A program made the position numbers and the translations under genes. This document shows positions 46,670-55,714 of a stretch of 55,885 nt of DNA, in pieces; the stretch's first letter is position 1; each line of letters starts with the position of its first letter. The DNA comes from an uncultured bacterium (GTDB lineage: Bacteria > Krumholzibacteriota > Krumholzibacteriia > Krumholzibacteriales > Krumholzibacteriaceae): assembly GCA_965371515.1 (NCBI GenBank), contig CBDUYR010000014.1:1-55885 (forward strand), read 5' to 3'. The notes beneath the pieces are model-generated. The model searched no databases, was not told where the DNA came from, and saw only the letters and a list, made by a program, of their open reading frames with translations.

Positions 46670-48193
46670 TTAAAAAAGAACGTCAGGCCGACTGGATCCT
46701 CCCAGGCCGTACTCCTTGAGTCGCCTGTAAAGTGTCCTCTCCGACATTCCGAGCTGTCTGGCTGCCCTGCTCCTGTTCCCTCCGTTCCTGGCGAGTGCGT
46801 CGAGGATCGCTTCCTTCTCGATACTGTTCATGTCGGGGTGCTGGTCTTCGCGAGCCTCCTCCACCTCGACCCACGTACCCCATCTTCCAGGGGTGGTGGA
46901 CTGCCCGGCTCTATCCCTGAGCATGTGCAGGATCTCCCGGACATCGTTGTGAAGCGAGAGAAGGGAGTTCATGATCAATTCTCTCTCCATCTCCTCACGA
47001 GTCTTGTGGACGTGTATAGGCAGATCTGGAAAGGCCTGACTTTCCCTGCCCAGCCTCTCCTTGAGCCTTTTCTCGATTTCCTCAGCCTTTATCACGGGAT
47101 GCCTGCCCAGAACGATCAGGTTGTCTATCATATTCGCGAGCTCACGCACATTCCCAGGCCATGGGTAACGGACAAGCATCTCCATGCCTTTTCGGTCTAT
47201 TCCCTTTACCGACCTTCCATGTCTGGCCGATGAGCGGCGCAGAAAATGTCTCGCCAGAAACGGGATATCTTCCTGCCTCGCCCTGAGGGGCGGGATCCTT
47301 ATCTGTACGACCTTGAGCCTGTAATAAAGGTCCTTCCTGAAGGTCCCCTGCTCAACGGCCGTCTCGAGTTCCCTGTTGGTGGCGGCGATGAGCCTCACAT
47401 CTGCGTGAAGCCTCTCGATGCCGCCGACCCTTATGTACTCTCCCGTTTCGATTACTCTGAGGAGTTTGACCTGCATCCCAAGGGACATCTCGCCGACCTC
47501 GTCGAGCAGGAGCGTTCCGGTATCGGCTCGTTCGAAAAGTCCGCGTCTTCTCGTTACGGCGCCGGTAAACGCGCCCTTCTCGTGTCCGAAGATCTCGCTC
47601 TCGAGGACGCCCTCGGCGAGAGCGCCTACGTTCACGGCCTCGAAAGGTTTCGAACTGCGCCGGCTCAACATGTGTATAGCCTTCGCAGTCAGCTCCTTGC
47701 CGGATCCACTCTCCCCCTCGATGAGTACCGACACCTCTGTCGGCGCGACCTGCATCGTCATCTCGAGCATCTCATTGAGAGGCTCGGAACGCCCGACTAT
47801 TCCCGTGGCGCTCTTCAGCCTTCGAAGTGCAATGAGGTTTATCGCCCGGACAAAGAAATCCTCCCGGTCAACAGGCTCCGGGACATAAAGGTCGACGCCC
47901 GCCCTTCTCTCGGACTCCCCGACGTCTTCCTTCCTGGGAGGTCCGAACACGATAGCATCGAACTGAATGAACGTCCTGGCGAACCTCTTGATGAGAGTGA
48001 GGTAGTTCGAATACTCGCCGGACGAATCGAGAGCGAGTATTATGCCTCCTGCCGGCTCCTCGAGTCCCAGCGCCTCGGAAACGGACACGAGTCTTCGAAT
48101 ATGCAGGCTCTCCGCTGAGGCGAGCTCCTCGAGGATCTCGCCGACCTCGTCTCTTTCGGCAAGCGCCCATATCACGGGATTCATGCCGGTCAC
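46670..48193 (-). CDS. Sigma54-dependent activator with pseudo-receiver, AAA+ and Fis HTH
   Basis: GESGSGKE, ESEIFGHEKGAFTGA, LLDEVG, WPGNVREL, HTH; degenerate REC. Confidence 0.9.
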   Translation of the reverse strand: MTGMNPVIWALAERDEVGEILEELASAESLHIRRLVSVSEALGLEEPAGGIILALDSSGEYSNYLTLIKRFARTFIQFDAIVFGPPRKEDVGESERRAGVDLYVPEPVDREDFFVRAINLIALRRLKSATGIVGRSEPLNEMLEMTMQVAPTEVSVLIEGESGSGKELTAKAIHMLSRRSSKPFEAVNVGALAEGVLESEIFGHEKGAFTGAVTRRRGLFERADTGTLLLDEVGEMSLGMQVKLLRVIETGEYIRVGGIERLHADVRLIAATNRELETAVEQGTFRKDLYYRLKVVQIRIPPLRARQEDIPFLARHFLRRSSARHGRSVKGIDRKGMEMLVRYPWPGNVRELANMIDNLIVLGRHPVIKAEEIEKRLKERLGRESQAFPDLPIHVHKTREEMERELIMNSLLSLHNDVREILHMLRDRAGQSTTPGRWGTWVEVEEAREDQHPDMNSIEKEAILDALARNGGNRSRAARQLGMSERTLYRRLKEYGLGGSSRPDVLF

Positions 48194-49563
48194 TCCATTT
48201 CGTAAAGCTTCGTCTTCTCCCTGAGCGTCTGACGGCTGATGCCCAGAATGCGCGCCGCCTGGGATTTGTTCCCCCCGGTCTCGTCGAGAGTCTTCATTAT
48301 AAGTATCTTCTCCATCTCGCGTATGCTCATCGGTCCAATATCGGCAAGCTCCTCCACATCGTTCCTTTCCCCGTCCTCAAAGCATGCACCGGAGATCTCT
48401 GCGGGGATATGCTCCGGAAGGAGCTCATCTTCGGCATCGAGCAGGATCGCCCTCTCTATTACGTTCTTCAACTCTCTCACGTTGCCCGGCCAGGAATATC
48501 CCTTTAGGATTTTCAATACGTCCTTACCGGCCTTCTTTATGTTCTTCTTGAACTCTTTATTGAAGATCGAAATGAAATGGTTCGTGAGAAGCTGAATATC
48601 CTCTTTCCTGTCCCGCAACGCGGGAAGGTTTATCGGTATGACCTGCAGCCTGTAGTACAGGTCGTTCCTGAACAGGCCATCCTTGATCGAGACCTTCAGA
48701 TCCCTGTTGGTTGCCGATATGATCCTCGTGTTAACACGCAGGTCCTTGACCCCTCCGACCCTTCTGAACGTCTTGTTTTCCAGAACGCGGAGCAGCCTGC
48801 TCTGCAGTGTGACCCCCATTTCACCGATTTCATCGAGAAAGATCGTCCCGCCCTCAGCGAGTTCGAAAAGTCCTTTCTTTCTCGCCTTGGCGTCGGTAAA
48901 CGAACCCTTTTCATGCCCGAACAGCTCACTCTCGAGAAGCGTCTCGGGCAGGGCGGCGCAATTGATCTCGAGGAATGGTCTGGCTTTTCCGCCTTCGCTC
49001 GCCTCGTGTATAGCCCGGGCGACGAGTTCCTTTCCAGTACCGCTCTCGCCCTGGATCAGGATCGTGCTTGCCCTGCTCGCGCCTATCTTCCTGATAGTCT
49101 CGAAGACCTCCTGCATTACCTCGCTCTTCCCGATGAAGCTCTTGATGTTGTAATTTTCCCTGTCTTTCTTCCTCATCCCGTCGATTTCGTTCTTCAGCTG
49201 CCTGTTCTCCAGGGCGTGCCTGATCGCCACCTTCATCTTCTCGAGCTGGAAGGGTTTCAGCATGAAATCGTAGGCGCCGTTCTTGAGCGCATTAACGGCC
49301 GTCTCTACCTCGCCGTAAGCCGTCATCATGATGACGGGCAAATCGGCGTCCTCTTTCTTCAGCGTCTTCAGGACTTCTATGCCGCTCTTGTCAGGAAGTT
49401 TCAGGTCGAGGATGACGATGTCGGCCGGATCATCACGGAACGACTTGATCCCCGTCTTTCCGTTTTCGGCTTCTGCTACGTCGTACCCGTCGTTACGGAG
49501 CGCCTCTCCCAGCGACCACCTGATCGCCTTCTCGTCGTCTACTATCAGAACTCTTCCCGACAT
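48190..49563 (-). CDS. NtrC-family response regulator (REC-AAA+-Fis HTH)
   Basis: VDDE, ILDLKLP, MTAYG, KPF; GESGTGKE, ESELFGHEKGSFTDA, FLDEIG. Confidence 0.93.
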   Translation of the reverse strand: MSGRVLIVDDEKAIRWSLGEALRNDGYDVAEAENGKTGIKSFRDDPADIVILDLKLPDKSGIEVLKTLKKEDADLPVIMMTAYGEVETAVNALKNGAYDFMLKPFQLEKMKVAIRHALENRQLKNEIDGMRKKDRENYNIKSFIGKSEVMQEVFETIRKIGASRASTILIQGESGTGKELVARAIHEASEGGKARPFLEINCAALPETLLESELFGHEKGSFTDAKARKKGLFELAEGGTIFLDEIGEMGVTLQSRLLRVLENKTFRRVGGVKDLRVNTRIISATNRDLKVSIKDGLFRNDLYYRLQVIPINLPALRDRKEDIQLLTNHFISIFNKEFKKNIKKAGKDVLKILKGYSWPGNVRELKNVIERAILLDAEDELLPEHIPAEISGACFEDGERNDVEELADIGPMSIREMEKILIMKTLDETGGNKSQAARILGISRQTLREKTKLYEME

Positions 49564-49573
49564 ACCTGTCCTT

Positions 49574-51655
49574 TCAGGTTGTTACCCCTGCCTCTCCCTC
49601 TACCGTCGCGGACACCATCTTCCTGGGCAGCCTGACACAGAATGTTGTACCTCTCCTGGACCTGCCTTCGTGAGATATGCAGCCACCGTGATTCTCGACT
49701 ATCTTGCGCGTTATCGACAGTCCGAGCCCGGTTCCGCCGGGCCTGGTCGTGAAGAATGGATTGTACAGCTTGTCGGCTACCTCCCGGGAGATGCCGCAAC
49801 CGTCGTCCTCGAACAGCATCACAATACTGGACGGGTCTTCGGCTACGCCAAGATGCACATTGACACCGCCGCCCTCGTCGCACGCCTCAATAGCGTTCAT
49901 GGCGAGGTTGAGTACGACCTGCTTTATCTGATCCCTGTCGAGAAAACACCCGTCGTCCTCTAGAACCGTCTCGAAGTTAATATTGACACCGGCCTCCCTC
50001 GCCTTGTCCGACACAAGCATCACGGCCTCGTCGATGACTCCGTTGATCGAGAGTTCAGCCGGCCTCGGCGTCAGGGGCCTGGCAAACTTAAGCAGGTTGG
50101 TTATGATCCCGTCGAGACGCCTGATCTCCTCGAGGATCACCGTGATGTACTTGATCTTGTCAGGATCGTTCCCGAGCTTCTCCCGCAGGACCTGTGCCGT
50201 GGTTGCTATCCCTGTCAGCGGATTGCGTATCTCATGAGCGACCCCTGCGGAGAGCTCCCCAAGGGACCGCAGCCTGTCGGCCCTCCTCAGTTCTTCTTCC
50301 ATAGCCTTCTGGGCAGTAAGGTCCTCGAAAACGACTACGAGTGATTGTCCGTTGTATTCGTCGCTCTCGACCAGTGTGGAGTTGACCCTCACTGGAATCG
50401 TTCCCCCGAACGGGATTGACAGGATACTCTCTATCGAATGGCTCCTTTCCGTATCCGACATCAGATGAGTGAACAGGCCTCCGCTGCCATACGGGTTCCG
50501 GAAAAGGTCATCGAACTGCAGCTTTCCATCAGCCGAATCGCCCAGGATCTCCCTCGCCCGGCTGTTGAAGAAGACTATCTCGCCCGACCTGTCCGTCTTC
50601 AGGACGCCGTTGTTGATATTCTCGAGTATCGTCTCGTTGAAATCCTTGAGGTTCCTCAGCCTGCTGATGTTGACAGCGTTGGCTACTTCTTCGGTGAGTA
50701 TCGTCTGAATCGTGGTCAGGAAGTGATAGTCGCCGAGATACGCGCGATTCGACGCGTACCTCTTTCTCAGTAAAAGAAAGCCCAGCCATCTCCCCTTGTA
50801 CAGGAGCGGTATGGCGGAGTTGCCCCAGGAGCCCGTGGCGGAGAGGCAGGTCAGCGGCGCTCCGTCGGTGAAGCTGTCGAGGCTGAATATCTCCAGCTGT
50901 AACCCGTCATTCTTCTGCGCTTCTATCAGCAGATTGACAGCGGTCTGGAGATATTTCATCTCCATATTGTATGACGTCCTGATCTGCAGCACCTTGCCGC
51001 CGAAGCTGAACAGGAGTAGTGCCGATCCATCTGCCTCCATGTACTTGCACAGCGCCATCAGGAAACGGTCGAGGGCATCGTTCCAGTTCTCGTTTGAACT
51101 GATGTCCCTTCCCATCTGGAATAGCATCTTCAGACGGGTCACATGCCTGTTCAGGGATTCCTTCGCCTGACCAAGATTCTCATTTGCCTGGACGACACGT
51201 TTCTTCAGGTCGTCCCTGCTCTCTTCGAGATCCCTGTGCACCTTTACCAGATCCCCTATGGCGTCCCTGTCCGGGCTTGCCATAGAGACGCTGGCGTAGG
51301 CGGCATCGACGACCTCTCCAATTTTTATGAGGTCGAAAGGCTTCTGGATGTAATCGAATACATTGAGTCTGATGGCGTCTATGGTGGAATCGACAGATGC
51401 GTAGGCGGTCATGATCACGCACTTCATCAATGGATGTTCATCCTGGTAGCGCAAGATCAGATCGAGACCGCTGCAGTCTGGGAGCTTGAGGTCGATCAGG
51501 GCAACATCGAACGATCTTTCTTTGAGAAGGGCTTCGGCTCCGGCTCCATCGCCGGCTGCGCCAACCTCGTATCCCCTGTCGACAAGATGCTGCTCGAGGA
51601 TCTCGAGAACGGACTGTTCGTCATCTATAACGATGACAGAGCCTTTTCCCGCCAA
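49574..51655 (-). CDS. Hybrid cytoplasmic histidine kinase (REC-GAF-like-PAS-HisKA-HATPase)
   Basis: IDDE / LIDLKLP / KPF receiver; AHEIRNPL; N, G1, F and G2 boxes; no TM segment. TTG 51655 with SD GGAGGT. Confidence 0.9.
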   Translation of the reverse strand: MAGKGSVIVIDDEQSVLEILEQHLVDRGYEVGAAGDGAGAEALLKERSFDVALIDLKLPDCSGLDLILRYQDEHPLMKCVIMTAYASVDSTIDAIRLNVFDYIQKPFDLIKIGEVVDAAYASVSMASPDRDAIGDLVKVHRDLEESRDDLKKRVVQANENLGQAKESLNRHVTRLKMLFQMGRDISSNENWNDALDRFLMALCKYMEADGSALLLFSFGGKVLQIRTSYNMEMKYLQTAVNLLIEAQKNDGLQLEIFSLDSFTDGAPLTCLSATGSWGNSAIPLLYKGRWLGFLLLRKRYASNRAYLGDYHFLTTIQTILTEEVANAVNISRLRNLKDFNETILENINNGVLKTDRSGEIVFFNSRAREILGDSADGKLQFDDLFRNPYGSGGLFTHLMSDTERSHSIESILSIPFGGTIPVRVNSTLVESDEYNGQSLVVVFEDLTAQKAMEEELRRADRLRSLGELSAGVAHEIRNPLTGIATTAQVLREKLGNDPDKIKYITVILEEIRRLDGIITNLLKFARPLTPRPAELSINGVIDEAVMLVSDKAREAGVNINFETVLEDDGCFLDRDQIKQVVLNLAMNAIEACDEGGGVNVHLGVAEDPSSIVMLFEDDGCGISREVADKLYNPFFTTRPGGTGLGLSITRKIVENHGGCISHEGRSRRGTTFCVRLPRKMVSATVEGEAGVTT

Positions 51656-51822
51656 TGCGACACCTCCTGATCTGCGGCCCGGAAGGGTATTACCCGCTTT
51701 CCCGCCGGTATTCATAACACATGCCCGTTCGCAGCGCAAGTATTACAGGCATATTGTCAGAATGCCGATACATGGAATATGATGATATTGAAAAGGATAC
51801 TCGTCTGAGGCTCTTCTACCTG

Positions 51823-52188
51823 TCAGTCTGACAGTTCTCTCTCGATAAAGGACTTGAGCGCGGTCATCGAACTTTCCGGCACCTTGGTAAAGAATACGGC
51901 CACCCTGAACGGGCCCGGATGTTCGGAGGGCTCCTCTGGCTCCACCCTGACCACGACTCCATCGAATCCGAACCGGATCCCTTCTTTATTCGAGTCGCTC
52001 CCGGAGGGGACGTAGAGCTCCATACGTATCTTGGTCAGCGGTTCTATGAAGTGGGGAACCTCGAAATAGATGCCGTTCTCGCTGATATTGAGAGTTCTGC
52101 CTGTTGCTTCTGCGGGACCGCCCTCGACCGCGATAGGCAGCTCGACCGCTACTCTCGGTGATTTGCGTCTTTCGGAGAGAGAGGTCAT
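51823..52188 (-). CDS. Stand-alone PilZ-domain protein
   Basis: RRKSPR (RxxxR) and NISENG ([DN]xSxxG). Confidence 0.88.
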   Translation of the reverse strand: MTSLSERRKSPRVAVELPIAVEGGPAEATGRTLNISENGIYFEVPHFIEPLTKIRMELYVPSGSDSNKEGIRFGFDGVVVRVEPEEPSEHPGPFRVAVFFTKVPESSMTALKSFIERELSD

Positions 52189-52304
52189 TGCAGCTCCTGT
52201 CCTTTACTGGCGCCTCCAGGGTCGCCTGCGCCGATAATGTCTACATGAGTGCGATGCTTTCCGATGGCCGGTGTCCGGACTGACTCCGGCCGATGCTAGG
52301 CCTA

Positions 52305-52400
52305 TCAGCGTTTCTTTTTCTTGTGACGGTCCTTGCGCAACCGCTTTTTCCTCTTGTGGGTCGCAATCTTTTTTCTTTTCCGCTTCTTTCCACTCGGCAT
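52305..52400 (-). CDS. Ribosomal protein bS22 (AURKAIP1/COX24, mS38-like), 31 aa
   Basis: Manual translation MPSGKKRKRKKIATHKRKKRLRKDRHKKKKR*; below the ORF-track cutoff. Confidence 0.9.
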   Translation of the reverse strand: MPSGKKRKRKKIATHKRKKRLRKDRHKKKKR

Positions 52401-52520
52401 ATTAATTCCTGTTCTTCAACGCCGTAAACGGTGTCTCCCGATATCGAGTGTGCAATATATAAAAATCCGCCCGCTGTTTGCAAACGGATTCTGGCGAAGT
52501 ATCCGAACGGCACGGTCCGA

Positions 52521-52796
52521 TCAGACGTTTACCTTTGTCTTCAGCTCGTTTGACGCCTTGAAATAGGGTACAAGCTTGGCGGGTACGTCCACCGAATCCC
52601 CAGTCCTGGGATTCCTCGCCTTCCTGGGATTACGGCTCTTCACCTTGAAGCTGCCGAATCCTCGCAATTCCACCTTATCACCTTCGGCCAGAGCTTTACA
52701 GATGTTGTCGATGATCAGGTTGACGATAACACTAGTATCCTTCTTGCTCAGGCCAGTATCCCTGGCGATTTCCTCGACGAGATCTGCCTTCGTCAT
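52521..52796 (-). CDS. HU/IHF-family DNA-binding protein (IHF-beta-like)
   Basis: MTKADLV, VELRGFGSF, RNPRTG, PYFKAS. Confidence 0.93.
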   Translation of the reverse strand: MTKADLVEEIARDTGLSKKDTSVIVNLIIDNICKALAEGDKVELRGFGSFKVKSRNPRKARNPRTGDSVDVPAKLVPYFKASNELKTKVNV

Positions 52797-52887
52797 AGCC
52801 TTTCACCCCGTTCGCTGAATTTGGACATTAAGAAGCTGCCCTCCGACTTTTTCATCTCTTCCCATTTGAAACCCAAGCTCGGTATGA

Positions 52888-52916
52888 TTGATATCACACG
52901 GGCAAATCGTTGTCAA
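52888..52916 (-). promoter_or_regulatory. Putative sigma70 promoter of the HU/IHF gene
   Basis: TTGACA-17 bp-TATCAA with extended TG. Confidence 0.5.
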
Positions 52917-53025
52917 AAAGAAAATTCCCCGAATATGACATTTTTTTTCGCGATTTATATGGTGATTCGAAGCAGGATCCGGGTGACAGCTTGAACGCGA
53001 TGCGTGAAGTGTGTTACAATAAAAT

Positions 53026-53126
53026 AAAGTTCCCCGCCTGAAACGTGTACCCCTGTCCGGTGATTTCTACAACACGTGAGGATGAGAAACACGTCAGGAA
53101 CAAACCACGATCCCGCAGGGAACTTT
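53026..53126 (-). ncRNA. Candidate rod-like structured RNA, family unknown
   Basis: Terminal stem AAAGUUCCCUGC/GCGGGGAACUUU plus three inner helices; U-rich tail; sigma54-like site upstream. Confidence 0.35.
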
Positions 53127-53147
53127 CCGCGTGCAGTTTCCTGCAGG

Positions 53148-53163
53148 TACAAGAGTCATGCCA
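53148..53163 (-). promoter_or_regulatory. Possible sigma54 promoter
   Basis: TGGCATGACTCTTGTA (-12 is GT rather than GC). IHF-like TAACAAGTGATTG at 53219-53231. Confidence 0.4.
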
Positions 53164-53296
53164 CGCAGCTACATGCTGCGTGGTATGCTATATGTGAAGC
53201 AATTACAACTAGATATGACAATCACTTGTTATACGTGCAGTATACGGATGTGTCCTGAAATGCGTTCCGGCAGAGCAAAATGAGGGATGGCAAGTG

Positions 53297-54106
53297 TCAG
53301 GTTTTTCTGGAATCCCTGTAGTGTTTGATGAATCTCAGGCAACCCGGGTCGACCCCGGCAAGCGCCTCAGCAGCCTTTAACGTATCGACGAGGCTGCTGT
53401 CCGTCGGATCGCAGATGACCGCTGTCAGTCCGTGCGAAACTGCCATCGCCAGAAAGGCCCTGTTGACCACCTTTCTCTTGGGCAGCCCGTAGGAGACATT
53501 GGAAAGCCCTCCCACCCTGTGGAAATCGGACATCTCACCCGAGAGAGCGCGAAGAGTGGCCAGTGCCGTCTCGAGCCCCTCGCTTCCTGTCGCTACGGGC
53601 TGGAACACTGGGTCGAAGAAGATCTTTTCGGGAGCCATCCCGCTGCCGGCTGCGATCTCCGCTGCCTCCCTCGCCAACCCGAGCCTCTCCTCGGGCCTGG
53701 GCGGTATCCCGTCGACCGTCTTGAGCATGATGATGACTCCGGCTCCCGCCTCAGACAGGACTGGAATCATCTTCCCGAGGATCTCCTCGTCTGCTGTAAG
53801 CGAATTGACGATACATCTCTCTCCGAACTCGGTTGCGCATTTCTCGAGAACGGCGGTATCGGGGCTGTCGGCCGAGATGCCCTTGTCGAATCCTTCGAGG
53901 ATCGTTCTTCCGGCCCAGAGAATGGTATCAAGCTCCTTATCCATCAGCATGGCGGCGTTTATGTCGATCCACGATGCCCCGCCCTCGATCTGGGCCCCGG
54001 CGATCGATAGCAGAGAGTCGACATCGCGGTTCTCGAGGATCTTGCGGACCTTCGAGTTGGTGCTGTTGATCTTCTCCCCTATTATGACTGTCTCGTTGAA
54101 TCTCAT
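53297..54106 (-). CDS. Methyltetrahydrofolate:corrinoid methyltransferase (AcsE / MetH pterin-binding-domain-like)
   Basis: IIGEKIN, WIDIN, SADS, IVNS, FFDP, GLSNVSYGLP. Confidence 0.82.
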   Translation of the reverse strand: MRFNETVIIGEKINSTNSKVRKILENRDVDSLLSIAGAQIEGGASWIDINAAMLMDKELDTILWAGRTILEGFDKGISADSPDTAVLEKCATEFGERCIVNSLTADEEILGKMIPVLSEAGAGVIIMLKTVDGIPPRPEERLGLAREAAEIAAGSGMAPEKIFFDPVFQPVATGSEGLETALATLRALSGEMSDFHRVGGLSNVSYGLPKRKVVNRAFLAMAVSHGLTAVICDPTDSSLVDTLKAAEALAGVDPGCLRFIKHYRDSRKT

Positions 54107-54137
54107 CTCGAATTCCGTCCTGCCGCGAGTGCGGCGT

Positions 54138-55535
54138 CTAGAGGTTGTGTCCGGCGAGTCGGTTGAACCTGAACAGGATCCGGAAAAGCTCCGAGCCTGC
54201 CTCGGTCAGCTCGACGTCCCTCCTGTCCATCATGATGCCCGCAGTCTCGAGCGCCTTGTCGAGGTTGTGTATCACGAATTCCGGCTCCATCGTCCATGTG
54301 AAGCTGGGAACGAATTTCGGAGGATAGCCTATTATGAAGACGTTCGCATTAAATCCTATGACCGAGCCTGTGTTGATCCTCGTGTTTATCGCTATCTTTG
54401 CGTGATCGCCACAGACGAGACCGAGGAACCTCCTGCCGGTATTCCTTATCGAGCCCGCGCACCAGGCCTTTATCTTGCTGTAGTTGTTCTTCAGGTCGCT
54501 GTTCGCCGTGCCGGCTCCGATGTTCACCCACGACCCTATATAGGAATGCCCGAGGAACCCCTCGTGCTGCTTGTTCGTGTAGCCGGCTATCACGGATTCT
54601 CCGACCTCGCCGCCAATCCTGCACTGTTCGCCGATCGAGGTGCCCTTTCCTATCTTCGCCCCTCCCCTGATTATTGTGAGCCGCCCGATGTAGCACGGTC
54701 CGTATATAATCGCGTTGGGCTCGATGACTGCGCCGTCGGCGATGATGATGGGGCCCGAAGAGGCGTCGAGAACAGTGCCCGACCTGACCTCGACACTCTC
54801 ACCGATCAGTATGTCTTCCTCGTTTATCAGGTTTACTCCCTTGAACAGGGCCGACTCCGGTGCAGCGCCCCTCAGGGGATTCTTGGAGAAATCATCCTCG
54901 ATGCACGGGCCGTTCTCCACTATGAGCTGCCAGTAGAAAGAGAGCAGTTTTACGTTCGTGTCCTTGACCGTAACTCCGTTTCTCTCTGCCCACGCTTTGA
55001 TGTCTTCATTGTAGCCAGCCCGGCCCTCTTCTATGCAGTTCTCTTCCTCGCCATCCTTTTTCGAGACGTTCTTCATCTCCATGATCGTTTTTTCGACCTT
55101 CTCGTCGGAGAGTGCCGTGAGCAGGTAGTCGATGAACAAAGCCGATATGTCGGCGTCGAGCATTGCGGCCACTGGTACCCCGTTCTTGCTGAGTATCTCG
55201 TTCATATCGAGACCCTTGGCAAGAACAGCCAGTTCATCCGCATACGCAAGCAGCCTTCCGTTTACGAAAAAAGTCTCCGTCCCGGACGGCTCATTGAAGA
55301 CGGGACTTACTTCATCCCGGCCTGCTGCGTATTTTTCTTTCAGTGTTGCTGCAAGATAGGGACGGAAGAGCAGGCATGTCGATCCGTGATCTACATCGCC
55401 CATGATACGCTCCACAAGGGTCTGCGTACCTATGAGAAGGTCGAAAACCGGTTTATTGAGTGTCAGTGGGAAAAAGTTTGGAAATCTGTCGTCCTCGAAG
55501 ATGCACAGAGCCTTCAGGTCCTCGTTACCTTCCAT
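54138..55535 (-). CDS. GlmU-like putative sugar nucleotidyltransferase/acyltransferase (hexapeptide beta-helix)
   Basis: FFPLTLNKPVFDL, VNGR, hexapeptide repeats, NKQHEGFLGHSYIG, NSDLKNNY. Start 55535 or 55547. Confidence 0.8.
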   Translation of the reverse strand: MEGNEDLKALCIFEDDRFPNFFPLTLNKPVFDLLIGTQTLVERIMGDVDHGSTCLLFRPYLAATLKEKYAAGRDEVSPVFNEPSGTETFFVNGRLLAYADELAVLAKGLDMNEILSKNGVPVAAMLDADISALFIDYLLTALSDEKVEKTIMEMKNVSKKDGEEENCIEEGRAGYNEDIKAWAERNGVTVKDTNVKLLSFYWQLIVENGPCIEDDFSKNPLRGAAPESALFKGVNLINEEDILIGESVEVRSGTVLDASSGPIIIADGAVIEPNAIIYGPCYIGRLTIIRGGAKIGKGTSIGEQCRIGGEVGESVIAGYTNKQHEGFLGHSYIGSWVNIGAGTANSDLKNNYSKIKAWCAGSIRNTGRRFLGLVCGDHAKIAINTRINTGSVIGFNANVFIIGYPPKFVPSFTWTMEPEFVIHNLDKALETAGIMMDRRDVELTEAGSELFRILFRFNRLAGHNL

Positions 55536-55631
55536 GGCGTTTCGCATCCTTTCGGATCTGTGGCCGGTCCCGGTATCGTCGGCCTTCGCTCCTGGATTCC
55601 GTCCCCCTGGGAAGGTCCGGATAAAAAAAAG

Positions 55632-55704
55632 TGGAGTTGACGGGGATCGAACCCGTGACCTCTTGTCTGCCAGACAAGTGCTCTCCCAGCTGAGCTACAA
55701 CCCC
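55632..55704 (-). tRNA. tRNA-Ala(GGC)
   Basis: GGGGTTGTAGCTCAGCTGGGAGAGC...CTTGT-CTGGCAG-ACAAG...GTTCGATCC...CAACTCCA; G3:U70 pair; CCA not encoded. Confidence 0.97.
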
Positions 55705-55714
55705 AACTCGCGAT

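Noticed and set aside
51700..51770. Sigma54 promoter upstream of the hybrid kinase (GGGCATGTGTTATGA) and inverted repeat GGCAT-N9-ATGCC
   Set aside because: The -12 element is poor and the repeat is short enough to arise by chance.
53090..53150. c-di-GMP-I riboswitch (CAAACC-like segment)
   Set aside because: No GNRA tetraloop/receptor or GCAAAGC/P1 architecture is present.
52955..53258. Short ORFs 52955-53152 (-) and 53076-53258 (+), and 31030-31227 (-)
   Set aside because: No SD, no recognisable motif and atypical codon usage; these regions look regulatory.
53499..55640. 713-aa plus-strand ORF, and similar long ORFs such as 23197-24492, 48577-49635 and 36514-37401
   Set aside because: Antisense shadows of well-supported minus-strand genes. 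They have no motifs and are expected from GC-rich codon bias.
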